Assembly: GCA_963822965.1 (NCBI GenBank)
Contig: CAWGJT010000012.1
Location: forward strand, 475,992-539,991
DNA length: 64,000 nucleotides
Direction of reading: 5' to 3'
Origin: an uncultured delta proteobacterium
GTDB lineage: Bacteria; Myxococcota_A; UBA9160; UBA4427
Part shown: positions 21,396 through 31,760 of the stretch, in pieces
Layout: each line of letters opens with the position of its first letter
Numbering within the stretch: the first letter of the stretch is position 1
Translations under genes and position numbers: made by a program
The notes under the pieces: model-generated
What the model was told of the DNA's origin: nothing
What the model saw: only the letters and a program-made list of their open reading frames with translations
Databases searched by the model: none

Positions 21396-22595
21396 ATGAG
21401 CAGCCGATCCCTGGACGACCTCAAGCGCAGCGTCTGCGAGGCCGTCGACGAGATGGCCCAGCAGCTGCTGGACGTCTCCCACGCCATCCACGCCAACCCC
21501 GAGCTCTCGTTCGAGGAGCGCGAGGCCTGCAAGCTGCTGGTCTCGACCCTCGAGAAGGCCGGCCTGGAGGTGGAGCCCGGGGCCTACGGCCTGGAGACGG
21601 CCTTCGCGACGGGCTTCGGCGGCGCGGGCTCCGAGGCGGGCTGCGTGGCGCTGGTGGCCGAGTACGACGCCCTGCCCCAGATCGGCCACGCCTGCGGGCA
21701 CAACATCATCGCCACCGCGTCCGTCGGGGCGGGGCTGGCCCTGCACGCCCTGGGCGCCCGCCTGCCGGGCCGCGTGCGCATCCTGGGCACGCCCGCCGAA
21801 GAGCGCGGCGGCGGCAAGGAGCTGATGGCCCGCCAGGGCGCCTTCGAGGGCGTCGACGCCGCCATGATGGTGCACCCGGCGGGGGTGAACCTGGTGGACA
21901 TGCCGTCCATCGCGGTGGCGGACGTGACGGCCGTCTACCACGGGACCGCCGCGCACGCGTCGGCCATGCCCGAGCGCGGCCGCAACGCGCTCGACGCGCT
22001 GGTGATCGCGTACCAGGCGATCGGCGCGCTGCGCCAGCACATCCGCCCCAGCGAGCGCATCCACGGCATCATCACCGACGGCGGGCAGGCGCCCAACATC
22101 GTGCCCGAACGCGCGGCCGGCCGCTTCTACGTGCGCGCCCGCAACGAGCGCGAGCTGGCGCCCCTGAAGGAGCGGGTGGTGGCCTGCTTCCGCGCGGGCG
22201 CCGAGGCGACGGGCACGGAGGTGGAGCTCGAGTGGAGTCCCGTGGACTATCTCGCGATCCGCTTCAACGAGCCCCTGGCCGCCTGCTACAAGGCCAACGC
22301 CGAGCGACTCGGCCGCGAGTTCGTGCCCCTGGACGCCATGCCGACGCGGTTCGCCGGCAGCACGGACATGGGCAACGTGAGTCACCGGGTGCCGTCGATC
22401 CACCCGATGATCGCCGCGGCCCCCCCGCACTGCACGATCCACAACGCCGAGTTCGCCGTGCACGCGGGCGGCGCGCTCGGCGACGCAGCCGCCCTCGACG
22501 GCGCCAAGGCCCTGGCGATGACGGCCCTCGACTTCCTGTGCGACGCCGACCTGCGCGAGCGCGCCCGCAACGTCTTCGAGGCCTTCGCGGAGTAG
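21396..22595 (+). CDS. M20 family amidohydrolase
   Basis: IHANPELSFEE; EYDALP.IGHACGHN; GTPAEE.GGGK; GSTDMGNVS. Confidence 0.92.
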   Translation: MSSRSLDDLKRSVCEAVDEMAQQLLDVSHAIHANPELSFEEREACKLLVSTLEKAGLEVEPGAYGLETAFATGFGGAGSEAGCVALVAEYDALPQIGHACGHNIIATASVGAGLALHALGARLPGRVRILGTPAEERGGGKELMARQGAFEGVDAAMMVHPAGVNLVDMPSIAVADVTAVYHGTAAHASAMPERGRNALDALVIAYQAIGALRQHIRPSERIHGIITDGGQAPNIVPERAAGRFYVRARNERELAPLKERVVACFRAGAEATGTEVELEWSPVDYLAIRFNEPLAACYKANAERLGREFVPLDAMPTRFAGSTDMGNVSHRVPSIHPMIAAAPPHCTIHNAEFAVHAGGALGDAAALDGAKALAMTALDFLCDADLRERARNVFEAFAE

Positions 22596-22602
22596 CCCGC
22601 CC

Positions 22603-23166
22603 GTGCAGTCGATCCACGAGAGCGTATTCGTCGCGCCCGGTGCGCAGATCTACGGCCGGGTGGAGCTGGCCGAGGGGGCTTCGGTGTGGCCCAACGCGGT
22701 GATCCGCGCCGAGGCCAACCACGTGCAGGTGGGTCGCTACTCGAACCTGCAGGACTTCGTGATGGTCCACGTGGGCTACGACCACCCGACCCGCATCGGC
22801 GCCTTCTGCTCGATCACCCATCACGCCACCGTGCACGGCGCCACCGTGGAGGACGCGTGCCTCGTGGGCATCAACGCCACCCTGATGGACGGCGCGGTGA
22901 TCGGCGCCGGATCGATCGTGGCGGGCGGCGCCTTCGTCACCGAGGGCAGCGTGTTTCCACCCGGATCGATCATCGCCGGGGTGCCCGCCAGGGTGATCCG
23001 CGAACGCGACATGAGCCGCGCCAACCGGCTCAACGCCTGGCAGTACCACCGCAACGCCCAGGCCTACCGGCGCGGCGATCACCGCGCCTGGACGGGCCCG
23101 GAGTACGAGGCCTGGCTTCGGGATCTGCGCGAGGTCGTGGAGTCCGACGGCGACCTGGAGCGCTGA
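22603..23166 (+). CDS. Gamma carbonic anhydrase family protein
   Basis: Hexapeptide repeats; NLQDFVMVH, ITHHATVHG. Confidence 0.88.
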   Translation: MQSIHESVFVAPGAQIYGRVELAEGASVWPNAVIRAEANHVQVGRYSNLQDFVMVHVGYDHPTRIGAFCSITHHATVHGATVEDACLVGINATLMDGAVIGAGSIVAGGAFVTEGSVFPPGSIIAGVPARVIRERDMSRANRLNAWQYHRNAQAYRRGDHRAWTGPEYEAWLRDLREVVESDGDLER

Positions 23167-23268
23167 GCGTCCCCGGCCCGGCCGCCTGGGTCGTCGCCCT
23201 GCACCCCCGCTCGGCGCGGCACGGACGCTTCGAGGCGCCATCGCCCCGCGGGAAGCGCGAGACGCCGC

Positions 23269-23312
23269 TTGACCGGGGTCCGGGATCTTGATAGAACTAG
23301 CGCTCGTTAGTT
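23269..23312 (+). promoter_or_regulatory. Sigma70-type promoter overlapped by a palindromic putative TetR operator
   Basis: TTGACC-N17-TAGAAC; AACTA-N8-TAGTT at 23295-23312, directly upstream of tetR. Confidence 0.55.
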
Positions 23313-23327
23313 TATCGAGGATCCGCG

Positions 23328-24029
23328 GTGCCCATCGAATCCCCCTCCCCCGCCGTCGCCCCGCCCCGTGCGTCCCGCGCCCGCGGAGCGGGCGCCACAC
23401 GCGGAGAACGCGCGGAACGAGGCGAGAAGGGCCGTCGCACCGCGGAGCGCATCCTGGACGTCGCCGAGGAGGTCTTCGCCGACAAGGGATTCGACGGGGC
23501 CACCCTGCGCGACGTCGCGGACGGCGTCGGGATCCGCATCCCCAGCCTCTACAACCACTACGACAGCAAGGAATCGCTGTACGCGGCGGTTCTCGAGCGC
23601 GGCATCGGTCCGGTGCTTCAGACCCTCGCGCAGTCGGCTCTGCGGCGCGGTGACGAGGGCGAGCCCGACGAGATCGTCGAGCAGACCATGCAGCTGCTCG
23701 CCCGCCGACCGAACCTGCCGCGGCTCGTGCTGCACGAGACCCTGGGCGGCGGCCGGCACCTGCGCAAGATCCTGCAGGGCTGGCTGGGCCCCCTGCTGGC
23801 CCAGGCCGAGCGCCTCGTCGAGGCGCGCCCCGGCGCCTCGCGATGGACGCCCGAGGAGCGCCCGAACCTGGTGCTCGCCATGTATCACATCGTCGTCGGC
23901 TACTTCGCCATCGCGCCGCTCTACCGCGATCTCGAGCAGACCGACCTGCTTTCCCCCGAAGCCCTGGAGCGACAGACCGAGTTTCTGCGGAAGCTCACGT
24001 CGTTGCTCTTCGGCCCCGAAGCCCGTTGA
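23328..24029 (+). CDS. TetR/AcrR family regulator
   Basis: ILDVAEEVFADKGFDGATLRDVA...SLYNHYDSKESL. Confidence 0.92.
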   Translation: MPIESPSPAVAPPRASRARGAGATRGERAERGEKGRRTAERILDVAEEVFADKGFDGATLRDVADGVGIRIPSLYNHYDSKESLYAAVLERGIGPVLQTLAQSALRRGDEGEPDEIVEQTMQLLARRPNLPRLVLHETLGGGRHLRKILQGWLGPLLAQAERLVEARPGASRWTPEERPNLVLAMYHIVVGYFAIAPLYRDLEQTDLLSPEALERQTEFLRKLTSLLFGPEAR

Positions 24030-24066
24030 GCCGATGAGGCCCCAGAACCGGGCAGGAGATCCGAAA

Positions 24067-25301
24067 GTGGACGTGAACGTCTCGTTCGTCACCGCCTCTT
24101 CCTGGGACGAGAACATGCCCGCGCGCATGAAGTGGCTGCGGGAGAACGATCCCGTCCACTGGTCCGAGCCCGACGGGTTGTGGGTCGTCTCTCGCTTCGA
24201 AGACGTCTCGTACGTCTCGAAGAACCAGCAGCTCTTCACGTCGGCCCGGGGCGTCCGCCCGGGCAACGACGCCCGGCTCGGCCTGATCGACGAGGGCGAG
24301 CCCCGCCACGGTCAGCTCCGCAAGCTCATCAACCGCGGCTTCACGCCCCGCATGGTGAAGAAGCTCGAGAAGGCCTTCCGGGAGATCACCACCGAGGCGA
24401 TCGACGCCATCGCCAAGGACGGGCAGTGCGACTTCGTGCACGACATCGCCGTGCCCCTGCCGTTGCTGCTGATCGCGGAGATGATCGGCATCCGCAAGGA
24501 GGACCGGCATCGCTTCCACGAGTGGTCGGACGCGATGATCGCGGGCGACGGCAACTTCCACAACCCGGAGATCATCGCCAAGGCCGGCGCTGCCTTCATG
24601 GCCTACTCGACCTACGTGACCCAGATCATCGAGAGCCGCCGGCGAGAGCCGAAGGACGACCTGGTGAGCATCCTCGTGGGCGCGAAGGACGACGGCTTCC
24701 TCGAGACCTTCGAGGCGCGCAAGGCCCACGGCGAGATGGGGTTCGACGAGGAGCACGAGTCGCTGGCCAACGACGAGCTGGTGATGCTGCTGGTGCTGCT
24801 GATGGTGGCCGGCAACGAGACGACCCGGAACGCCCTGTCCGGCGGCATGCAGCTCCTGATCGAGAACCCGGACCAGCGCCAGAAGCTGATCGACGATCCC
24901 TCGCTCGATCCCGTCCGCCTGCGAGGAGATCGTGCGCATCGTGTCGCCGGTGCACTCGTTCTCGCGCACGGTGCTCGAGGACACGGAGCTGCACGGCGTC
25001 CAGCTGAAGGAGGGCCAGCGGGTGCTGATGCTCTACCCGTCGGCGAACCACGACGCGAGCCAGTTCCCGGACCCGGAAGCCTTCGACGTCGACCCGCAAC
25101 CCCCAGCACCTGGGCTTCGGGATCGGCACGCACTTCTGCCTGGGCGCGAACCTCGCCCGCATGGAGCTGCGGGTGGCCTTCGGCGAGCTGCTGCGCCGCC
25201 TGCCCGACATGGAGTACGCGGCGGGAGGCCCGGTGATCGTCCCGTCCTCGCTCGTCCGCTCCTGCACCGAGATGAAGGTGAAGTTCACGCCGGAGACCTG
25301 A
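24067..25301 (+). CDS. Cytochrome P450 (CYP125/142-like); two +1 frameshifts near 24907 and 25094
   Basis: AGNETTRN I-helix; EEIVR (ExxR); [10 protein letters not shown] heme motif after re-framing; AGGAG RBS before GTG. Confidence 0.9.
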
Positions 25302-25456
25302 TCCGGGGAGGGTGCGGGTTCCGGGCGGAGCTTCTCGCGGGGGGAGCACGAGGCGGGGCGCCAGGCGTCCTGCGCTCCATGGCTCGCCTGTTCTTTCTTG
25401 CGGCTACGGGGTGGGGTTGCTTCGGAGCGCCTGGGTGCCGCTTCGGGGCGCTTTGG

Positions 25457-25870
25457 GGCTGCGCTCTACTTCCGCGCAGGACGCCTGGCGCCCCGCTCGC
25501 GCTGCCTCGGTGGCTCGCTGGAGTGCTCGTTCGTCCCGGTCAGGCCCCCGGCGTTTGGGAGAGGGGGTGCCAGCTCGGGAATCGTGGCGTTGCCCCGGCG
25601 AGCTTCACGGCTGGCGGGTCTGCCCGGGCAGCGCGGGCGCGAGGCCGGCCACGGCGCCAATCCGCGGGCTGCCTCCACCCGCCCATCCCAACCGCCGGCC
25701 CCGCGCCGCGACCTCGCTCGCTCGGGGTGGGTCGCGGGGCGGTCTGCGCGGAAGTAAAGCGCAGCCAGAGCTGCCGCATGGAAGCACGCAAGCCGCCGAA
25801 GCGAAGCGGTGCGTAGATCGCACGAAAGAGCAGCGAGCCATGAAGCGCAGACCGCCCCGCGACCCACCCC
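25457..25870. repeat. Intergenic element with overlapping inverted repeats (REP/MITE-like)
   Basis: 26-bp perfect IR 25724-25749/25845-25870; 23-bp IR with one mismatch 25457-25479/25744-25766. Confidence 0.75.
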
Positions 25871-25907
25871 CGACCCACCTCGATACAACGCCAAGGGGCC
25901 GGCGGGC

Positions 25908-26606
25908 TCAGTCTCCCTTCCACCAGGGGGCGTCGGGGGCGTGGATGCCTCGGAAGAGGAGGTCGACGCCGTTGCGGATCGAGCGGCGGCAGGCCTGGGC
26001 GCCGACGAGACCGTTGGCCCACGGGATTCGCGCTCCCTGGGTGATGTGGAAGAGCGTCGAGGCCGCTTCGAGGACGTTCAGGTCGAGCACCAGGTCTTCG
26101 CGCTTTCGACCCATCTGCAGGATCTCCGCGAGCAGGCCGATGGTGCGGTCGTTCAGGACGAGCGAGCGACGGGCCACCCGGGCCTCGGGCTTGGTGGTCG
26201 CGCGCAGCGCGATCATGGTGAGATCGCGGTCGGCGTCCAGCAGCTGGTGCTGCACCTCGAGGAAGTGGTGGATCCGCTGCCGGGTGGGACGGGCGCGGTC
26301 GTCGTCCTCGCGGAAGCGGCGCCAGGCCTCCTCCTGGATGGCGTCGAGCTCGTCGATCAGCAGCTCTTCCTTGCTCTGGACGTGGCGGTAGATCGAGCTC
26401 GCCCCCATGCCGGCGCGCTTGGCGATCTCGCGCAGGGTGGCGCCGTCGAATCCCTTCTCGCGGAACAGCTCGCGCGCGGCGCGGCGGATGCGCTCGCGGC
26501 TCTTGCGGCCTCGAACGAGGCGACCGTCGTCGTCGCGCAGCGACGGGCGCTGCGTGCGCTCGGAAGCCTTCACCTTGCCTCGCGGCGGTCCGGCTGCGGT
26601 CGACAT
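25908..26606 (-). CDS. TetR/AcrR family regulator
   Basis: IRRAARELFREKGFDGATLREIAKRAGMGASSIYRH. Confidence 0.9.
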   Translation of the reverse strand: MSTAAGPPRGKVKASERTQRPSLRDDDGRLVRGRKSRERIRRAARELFREKGFDGATLREIAKRAGMGASSIYRHVQSKEELLIDELDAIQEEAWRRFREDDDRARPTRQRIHHFLEVQHQLLDADRDLTMIALRATTKPEARVARRSLVLNDRTIGLLAEILQMGRKREDLVLDLNVLEAASTLFHITQGARIPWANGLVGAQACRRSIRNGVDLLFRGIHAPDAPWWKGD

Positions 26607-26914
26607 GAACGCGAACAAAGTCGCAAACTCGGGAGATTCCGCCAGCGGAGGCCGTCAGAATCCTCGACTTTGCGGGAGGATCGCCAGAACGCAGGAAGGC
26701 CCGACCCTGGACGGGTCGGGCCTTCTGACGCCGAATGTCCCCTTCCCGGGGGCGCCCAGCCGGTCCCGCAGCGCTCTGGCGGCGCAGCGTGGCCGCGAGG
26801 GTGCCCGGAGGCGTCGGCTGGTTCCTTGTCTCACGGCACGCGCCCTGCGGTCAAGCGAAAACGGCGGGAAAAAACCTCAGTGGGGACGCCGCCGGGCGAC
26901 CCGCCGGGGCCGCC

Positions 26915-27721
26915 TCACAGCAGCTTCTCGGGGTTCTCGAGCTTCTCCTTCAGCCGATCCATGGCGATGCCCGCGTACATGCCGTCTTCGACCCGCTCGT
27001 CGTAGCTGTAGTTGACGTTCATGATCTGGACGCCGTCGGCACGCTTCCGGAAGCCGCCGATCACGCCGAACATCGAGCACGTGCCGTACTCCCACAGGTG
27101 GTGGTAGCCGGCGGCGAGTCCCACGGATCCGAGGTTCGCGATGAAGAGCGACGTGAAGAGCGGGTCGTCGTCGATCATCTGCCGCGTGAGCAGGTTCCAG
27201 TGGTTGGCCTTGTCGAGGAGCCACAGGCCCGCCTTCACCACGAAGGGCGGCATCTCGAGCGCGAGCTTCATCTCCTTGTCGCTGCGGTTCTCGCGTCCCT
27301 GCCGGCGTGCGCGCAGGTTGTCGAGGATCGAATCGATCATCTGCTCGAGGCTCTCTCCTTCCGGAAAGATGCGCTTGACGGTCACCATGGGCGCCCCGTC
27401 CAGGAGCTCCTGCTTGGCGCTGAACGTGATCGCCAGGTGATTGCGTTGCCACAGCCGGCTGCCGGCCACGAAGCGATTGACGCCGGGCCGCTCGCGGATG
27501 GTGAGGCTCGCCGAGCGCAGATAGAGGTGGAAGAGCGTGGCCTGGGAGTTCTCCGGACGCCGGCTGTTGAGCTCGGCCAGGAAGGCGTTCGCGGCATCGA
27601 GCTCGATCTCCGTCTGGTAGAGGACCAGCGCGTCGTTCCGCCGCGGCGAGATGAACGGCATGAACTTCCGCATGCGCGACAGGTCGCGAATGCGCTCTCC
27701 ATCGGGACGGGTGAAGATCAC
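26915..27721 (-). CDS. Stand-alone 2-oxoacid dehydrogenase E2/CAT-like acyltransferase domain protein
   Basis: LFIANLGSVG; YSYDERVEDG (DHRxxDG-like); no lipoyl domain. Confidence 0.7.
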   Translation of the reverse strand: MIFTRPDGERIRDLSRMRKFMPFISPRRNDALVLYQTEIELDAANAFLAELNSRRPENSQATLFHLYLRSASLTIRERPGVNRFVAGSRLWQRNHLAITFSAKQELLDGAPMVTVKRIFPEGESLEQMIDSILDNLRARRQGRENRSDKEMKLALEMPPFVVKAGLWLLDKANHWNLLTRQMIDDDPLFTSLFIANLGSVGLAAGYHHLWEYGTCSMFGVIGGFRKRADGVQIMNVNYSYDERVEDGMYAGIAMDRLKEKLENPEKLL

Positions 27722-27731
27722 GTGGGCCTCC

Positions 27732-28415
27732 TCATTCGATTCGTCGTGCGGCCGACGGCGCGCAGGGCGCGTCACCCGGGACGCCCACGAGGACGGCCCT
27801 GCGCGACAGACACCAGACCCGGGCACCGAGCACCTCGAGCTCGAGCTGGACCGTGAATCCGGCCTGGCCGTAGAAGGCCAGGTTCTGCTCGCGGTCGGTC
27901 TCGAGATAGCTCGGCATGGCGGTACGGTCGACTGAATCGAGCCACGAAGAAAGCAGCGCCCGGCCGATCCCCTGCCCTTGATGGGGTGGATCCACCCCGA
28001 TCAGTGACAGATACCAGTGCGGGTGGACCGGGTGCACGGCCTCGAGGGTTCGATAGACCTCGCCCCAGCGCGAGGCGACCCGCAGCCCCTGTCCGACGAG
28101 CGACCGCAGATGGGCGAGCAGCGGGGGCGGCGGTAGCGGAAACCCATCCGGCGGCACCGCGAGCAGGATCCCCAGGGGGGACCCCTCGCGATCGACCCGA
28201 CTCCGAGCCGCGAGAACCGTGCAGCTTCCCGCACGGGCCGTACGGAGCGCCGAGCGCATGCCGTGGGCGATCGATCGCAGACGACGCTCGGACCCCGAAC
28301 CGATCACCGCCCGGTCGAGCGGGTTGTCGCGAAACGCGCGCGCCAGCACGCCGACGGCCGCCTCTTGCTGGTCGGGGGCGGCTGCGAGGGGCGCGATCAC
28401 GAGGTCGTCGTGCAT
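27732..28415 (-). CDS. GNAT family N-acetyltransferase
   Basis: HWYLSLIGVDPPHQGQGIG; YLET...NLAFY...GF. Confidence 0.85.
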   Translation of the reverse strand: MHDDLVIAPLAAAPDQQEAAVGVLARAFRDNPLDRAVIGSGSERRLRSIAHGMRSALRTARAGSCTVLAARSRVDREGSPLGILLAVPPDGFPLPPPPLLAHLRSLVGQGLRVASRWGEVYRTLEAVHPVHPHWYLSLIGVDPPHQGQGIGRALLSSWLDSVDRTAMPSYLETDREQNLAFYGQAGFTVQLELEVLGARVWCLSRRAVLVGVPGDAPCAPSAARRIE

Positions 28416-28604
28416 GGGAGCCGGGAGCGTAGCCTCGAGTGGGCCCGACACGGACGCCCCCCGCGGGCCAACGACGACGGTCAAGCGGTCGAGGGCCCGG
28501 CTCGATAAGCCAAGCAGCCATTCGACCGACGTTCGCACGCCGCGAGCGCGGCACGGGAGAGGTACGACCCGAGTGAGACGGCCCCTGTCACAGGCCCTCG
28601 AGAC

Positions 28605-30311
28605 GTGAGCCACTCGACGGACAAGCGAAGGCGGGAGCGACCCGAAGGCACGTCGCTCTGCCGCGTGAGCTATCGCGACACGTTCGGCGAGGAGAGCACG
28701 ATCGTCGTGGGCGACCGGCCGATCCGGATCGGTCGCGCGCCCCACTGCGACCTCGTGCTGGCCGACGAGAGCGTCTCGCGCGAGCACGCGGAGATCGTGC
28801 GCAACGCCGAGGGCTGGGCGATCAGCGACCTCGGCAGCAAGAACGGGCTGAAGATCAACACCTTCAAGACCCGCGGGCAGCAGCTTCGCGACGGCGATTG
28901 CGTGGACATCGGAACCGCCAAGCTGTGGGTGGAGATCGGGCCCGCGGCGGCCACCGAGCGCGCCCGGGTCGTCTTCCAGCAGGACCCGGGCGGCCGCCGC
29001 GCCGAGGTGCTGGACATGCACCGGCTCGACTCGTTCTTCACGTCCGCGCCGGACATCTCGCTCGCTCCCCTGCTCTCGGGCGACGACGCGAAGGCCCGCT
29101 CTCTACGCGAGACGTCGCTGTCTCTCGACGCGCCGGTGCCCCTGGAAGAGCCGGCGGGGCTGCTGGGCGTGTTCAGCCAGGCCGCGGAGGCCCTGCTCAC
29201 CTGCGACACCCTGGACGAGACCCTGGAGCGCATCCTGGAGCTCGTCTTCCACAACCTCACCGCCGAACGCGGGGTGATCTGCCTCTACGACGAGGAGACC
29301 GACACCACCGAGCCGAAGGTGATGCGCACCCGGGAGGGCATTCCCCAGGAGCCCATCGTCATCAGCACCAACATCGCGAACGACTGCATCAAGCAGCGCC
29401 AGTCGCTGCTCGTCCAGGATGCGAACGTGGACGCACGCTTCGGCGGCGCCGACAGCATCGTGGCCATGTGCATCCATTCGGCCATGTGCGCGCCCCTGTA
29501 TCGCGAGGGCCGCGTGGTCGGATTCATCTACGTCGACCAGCAGAGCGAGCTGCAGGCCTTCACGGCCTCCCAGCTCCAGACCCTCTCCACCCTGGCCATC
29601 CTGTCGGCCGTGGCGGTCGAGCAGGCCGCGCTGCGCGACAGCGTGCGCCGCGAGCAGCAGATCCGCTCGCGCCTGGCCCGCTACAGCTCGCCCGCCGTGG
29701 TCGATCGCATCATCCAGGCACCGGGCGTCTCCGAACGCGGCATGGTGGCCGAGGAGGGCGAGGTCACCGTGCTCTTCGCCGACGTCACCGGCTTCACGCC
29801 GCTGGCCGAGCGCTTGCATCCGAAAGAGGTCGTCGAGCTGCTGAACCAGATCTTCGAGCGGCTGACCCGCGAGGTGTTCGAGCTCGAAGGCACCCTGGAC
29901 AAGTTCCGCGGCGACGGCATGATGGCCTTCTTCGGCGCGCCGCTGCCCATGCCCGACCACGCGGCGCGGGCCGTCGAGTGCGCGCTGCGCATGCAGGAGC
30001 GCCTCGCCGAGCTCAACAGCGAGTCCGACGCGCACCGCGAGATCGCCATGCGCATCGGCATCAACTCGGGACCCGTCGTCGTGGGCGACATCGGTTGCCC
30101 CGAGCGCAAGGACTACACGGTGATCGGCGACGTGGTGAACACGGCCAGCCGCCTGGAATCCGCGGTCGCCCGACCCGGGCAGGTGGTGATCGGCCACGCC
30201 ACCTGGGAGCACGTCCGTAGCCGCTTCGCGTGCCAGGCCCTGCCCGAGGTCTTCGTCAAGGGAAAGCGCCAGCGGGTGCGGCCGCACCTCGCCCTGCACC
30301 GCTTGCGCTGA
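28605..30311 (+). CDS. FHA-GAF-class III adenylate/guanylate cyclase
   Basis: IGR..SREHA..DLGSKNG (FHA); SAMCAPL (GAF); LFADVTGFT, DKFRGDG, YTVIGDVVNTASRLE. Confidence 0.92.
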   Translation: MSHSTDKRRRERPEGTSLCRVSYRDTFGEESTIVVGDRPIRIGRAPHCDLVLADESVSREHAEIVRNAEGWAISDLGSKNGLKINTFKTRGQQLRDGDCVDIGTAKLWVEIGPAAATERARVVFQQDPGGRRAEVLDMHRLDSFFTSAPDISLAPLLSGDDAKARSLRETSLSLDAPVPLEEPAGLLGVFSQAAEALLTCDTLDETLERILELVFHNLTAERGVICLYDEETDTTEPKVMRTREGIPQEPIVISTNIANDCIKQRQSLLVQDANVDARFGGADSIVAMCIHSAMCAPLYREGRVVGFIYVDQQSELQAFTASQLQTLSTLAILSAVAVEQAALRDSVRREQQIRSRLARYSSPAVVDRIIQAPGVSERGMVAEEGEVTVLFADVTGFTPLAERLHPKEVVELLNQIFERLTREVFELEGTLDKFRGDGMMAFFGAPLPMPDHAARAVECALRMQERLAELNSESDAHREIAMRIGINSGPVVVGDIGCPERKDYTVIGDVVNTASRLESAVARPGQVVIGHATWEHVRSRFACQALPEVFVKGKRQRVRPHLALHRLR

Positions 30312-30456
30312 CCGGCGGGTCCTTCGGATCCACGGGCGTGTCCCGCGAGTCCCCGACGCCGCGGCAACCGGCGAGGGCCCCTGGGGAGCGCGGCCCCGGA
30401 CGACTATCCTCAGCGACTCCCGTCTCCCGCCCGGCTTCGCAGCGAGGGGTCCCCCG

Positions 30457-31687
30457 ATGAGCAGCGACACCAACGAATCCCTGGCCGCGCGCGCCCGCGC
30501 GGTCCTCGTCGGCAACTACCGGCCCCAGCCGATCACCCTGGTCACGGGGCGCGGCTGCCGGATCGAGGACGCCGACGGAAACCGCTACCTCGATCTCTCG
30601 GGCGGCATCGCCACGACGGTGCTCGGCCACTGCCATCCTGCGCTGCTGCGCGCGCTCGACGAGCAGGCCCGGCACGTATGGCACGTCTCGAACATCTACA
30701 CGACGCGCCCGCCCATCGAGCTGGCGGAGCGGCTGGTGCTCCACTCGTTCGCCGACCGCGTCTTCTTCTGCAACTCGGGCGCCGAGGCCAACGAGGCAGC
30801 CCTCAAGCTGGCGCGCCGCTGGCATCGGAGCCGCGGCGACGACCGCTTCGAGATCGTCGCCTTCCACGGCGGCTTCCACGGCCGCACGCTTGTTCACCGT
30901 GAGCGCCACCGGCACGCCCGCCTACTGGAAGGGCTTCGAGCCCCTGGTGCCCGGCATCCACCACGCCGCCTACGGAGACCTGGCCGCCACGAAGGCGCTG
31001 CTCGGCGCGAACACCGCGGCCATCCTGGTGGAGCCGGTCCAGGGCGAGGGCGGCGTGCGGCCCGCGCCCGAGGGCTTCCTGCGCGGCCTTCGCGAGCTGG
31101 CCGACGAGAACGGCTGTCTGCTGATCTTCGACGAGGTGCAGACGGGCATGGGCCGCACGGGAACGCTCTTCGCCCACGAGCCACACGGCGTGACCCCCGA
31201 CGTGATGACCCTCGCCAAGGCCCTGGGCGGCGGCATCCCCATCGGCGCCATGCTGGCGACCGAGCGGGTGGCGGGTGCGCTGGTGCCCGGCAGCCACGGC
31301 TCGACGTTCGGCGGCAACCCCCTCGCCTGCGCCTGTGCGTGCGCGGTGCTGGACACGCTCCTCGAAGAGGGCGTCCTCGCCCACGGCCGCAGCATGGGCG
31401 AGCGGCTGCGGGAAGAGCTCGCCGCCATGGCGTCGCGCCTGGGGCCGGAGCGGGTCACCGACACACGAGGCGTCGGCCTGCTGCGAGGCGTGGAGCTGAC
31501 CCAGCCCGCGGCGCCGGTGGTTGCCCGCTGTCGCGAGCAGGGCGTACTCGTGATCACCGCCGGCGAGAAGGTGCTGCGGCTGGCGCCGCCCCTGGTGATC
31601 GAGTGGTCCGAGCTGCAGGAGGGCCTCGCGGTCATCGAGGCCGCCATCTCCAAGGAGATCCCGGCGGGCGAGATCCCGGCCGACTGA
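30457..31687 (+). CDS. argD: Acetylornithine aminotransferase; one +1 frameshift near 30890
   Basis: FFCNSGAEANE; FHGRT; EPVQGEGG; DEVQTGMGRTG; AKALGGG; HGSTFGGNPLA. Confidence 0.88.
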
Positions 31688-31700
31688 GCGCGCAGGATCT

Positions 31701-31760
31701 CGGGGCTTCGGCCTCAGAGACCGCCCGGGGCTTCGGCCTCAGAGACCGCCCGGGGCTTCG
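31701..31760. repeat. 25-bp tandem duplication (2.4 copies) spanning the MFS stop codon
   Basis: CGGGGCTTCGGCCTCAGAGACCGCC twice plus a partial third copy. Confidence 0.9.
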
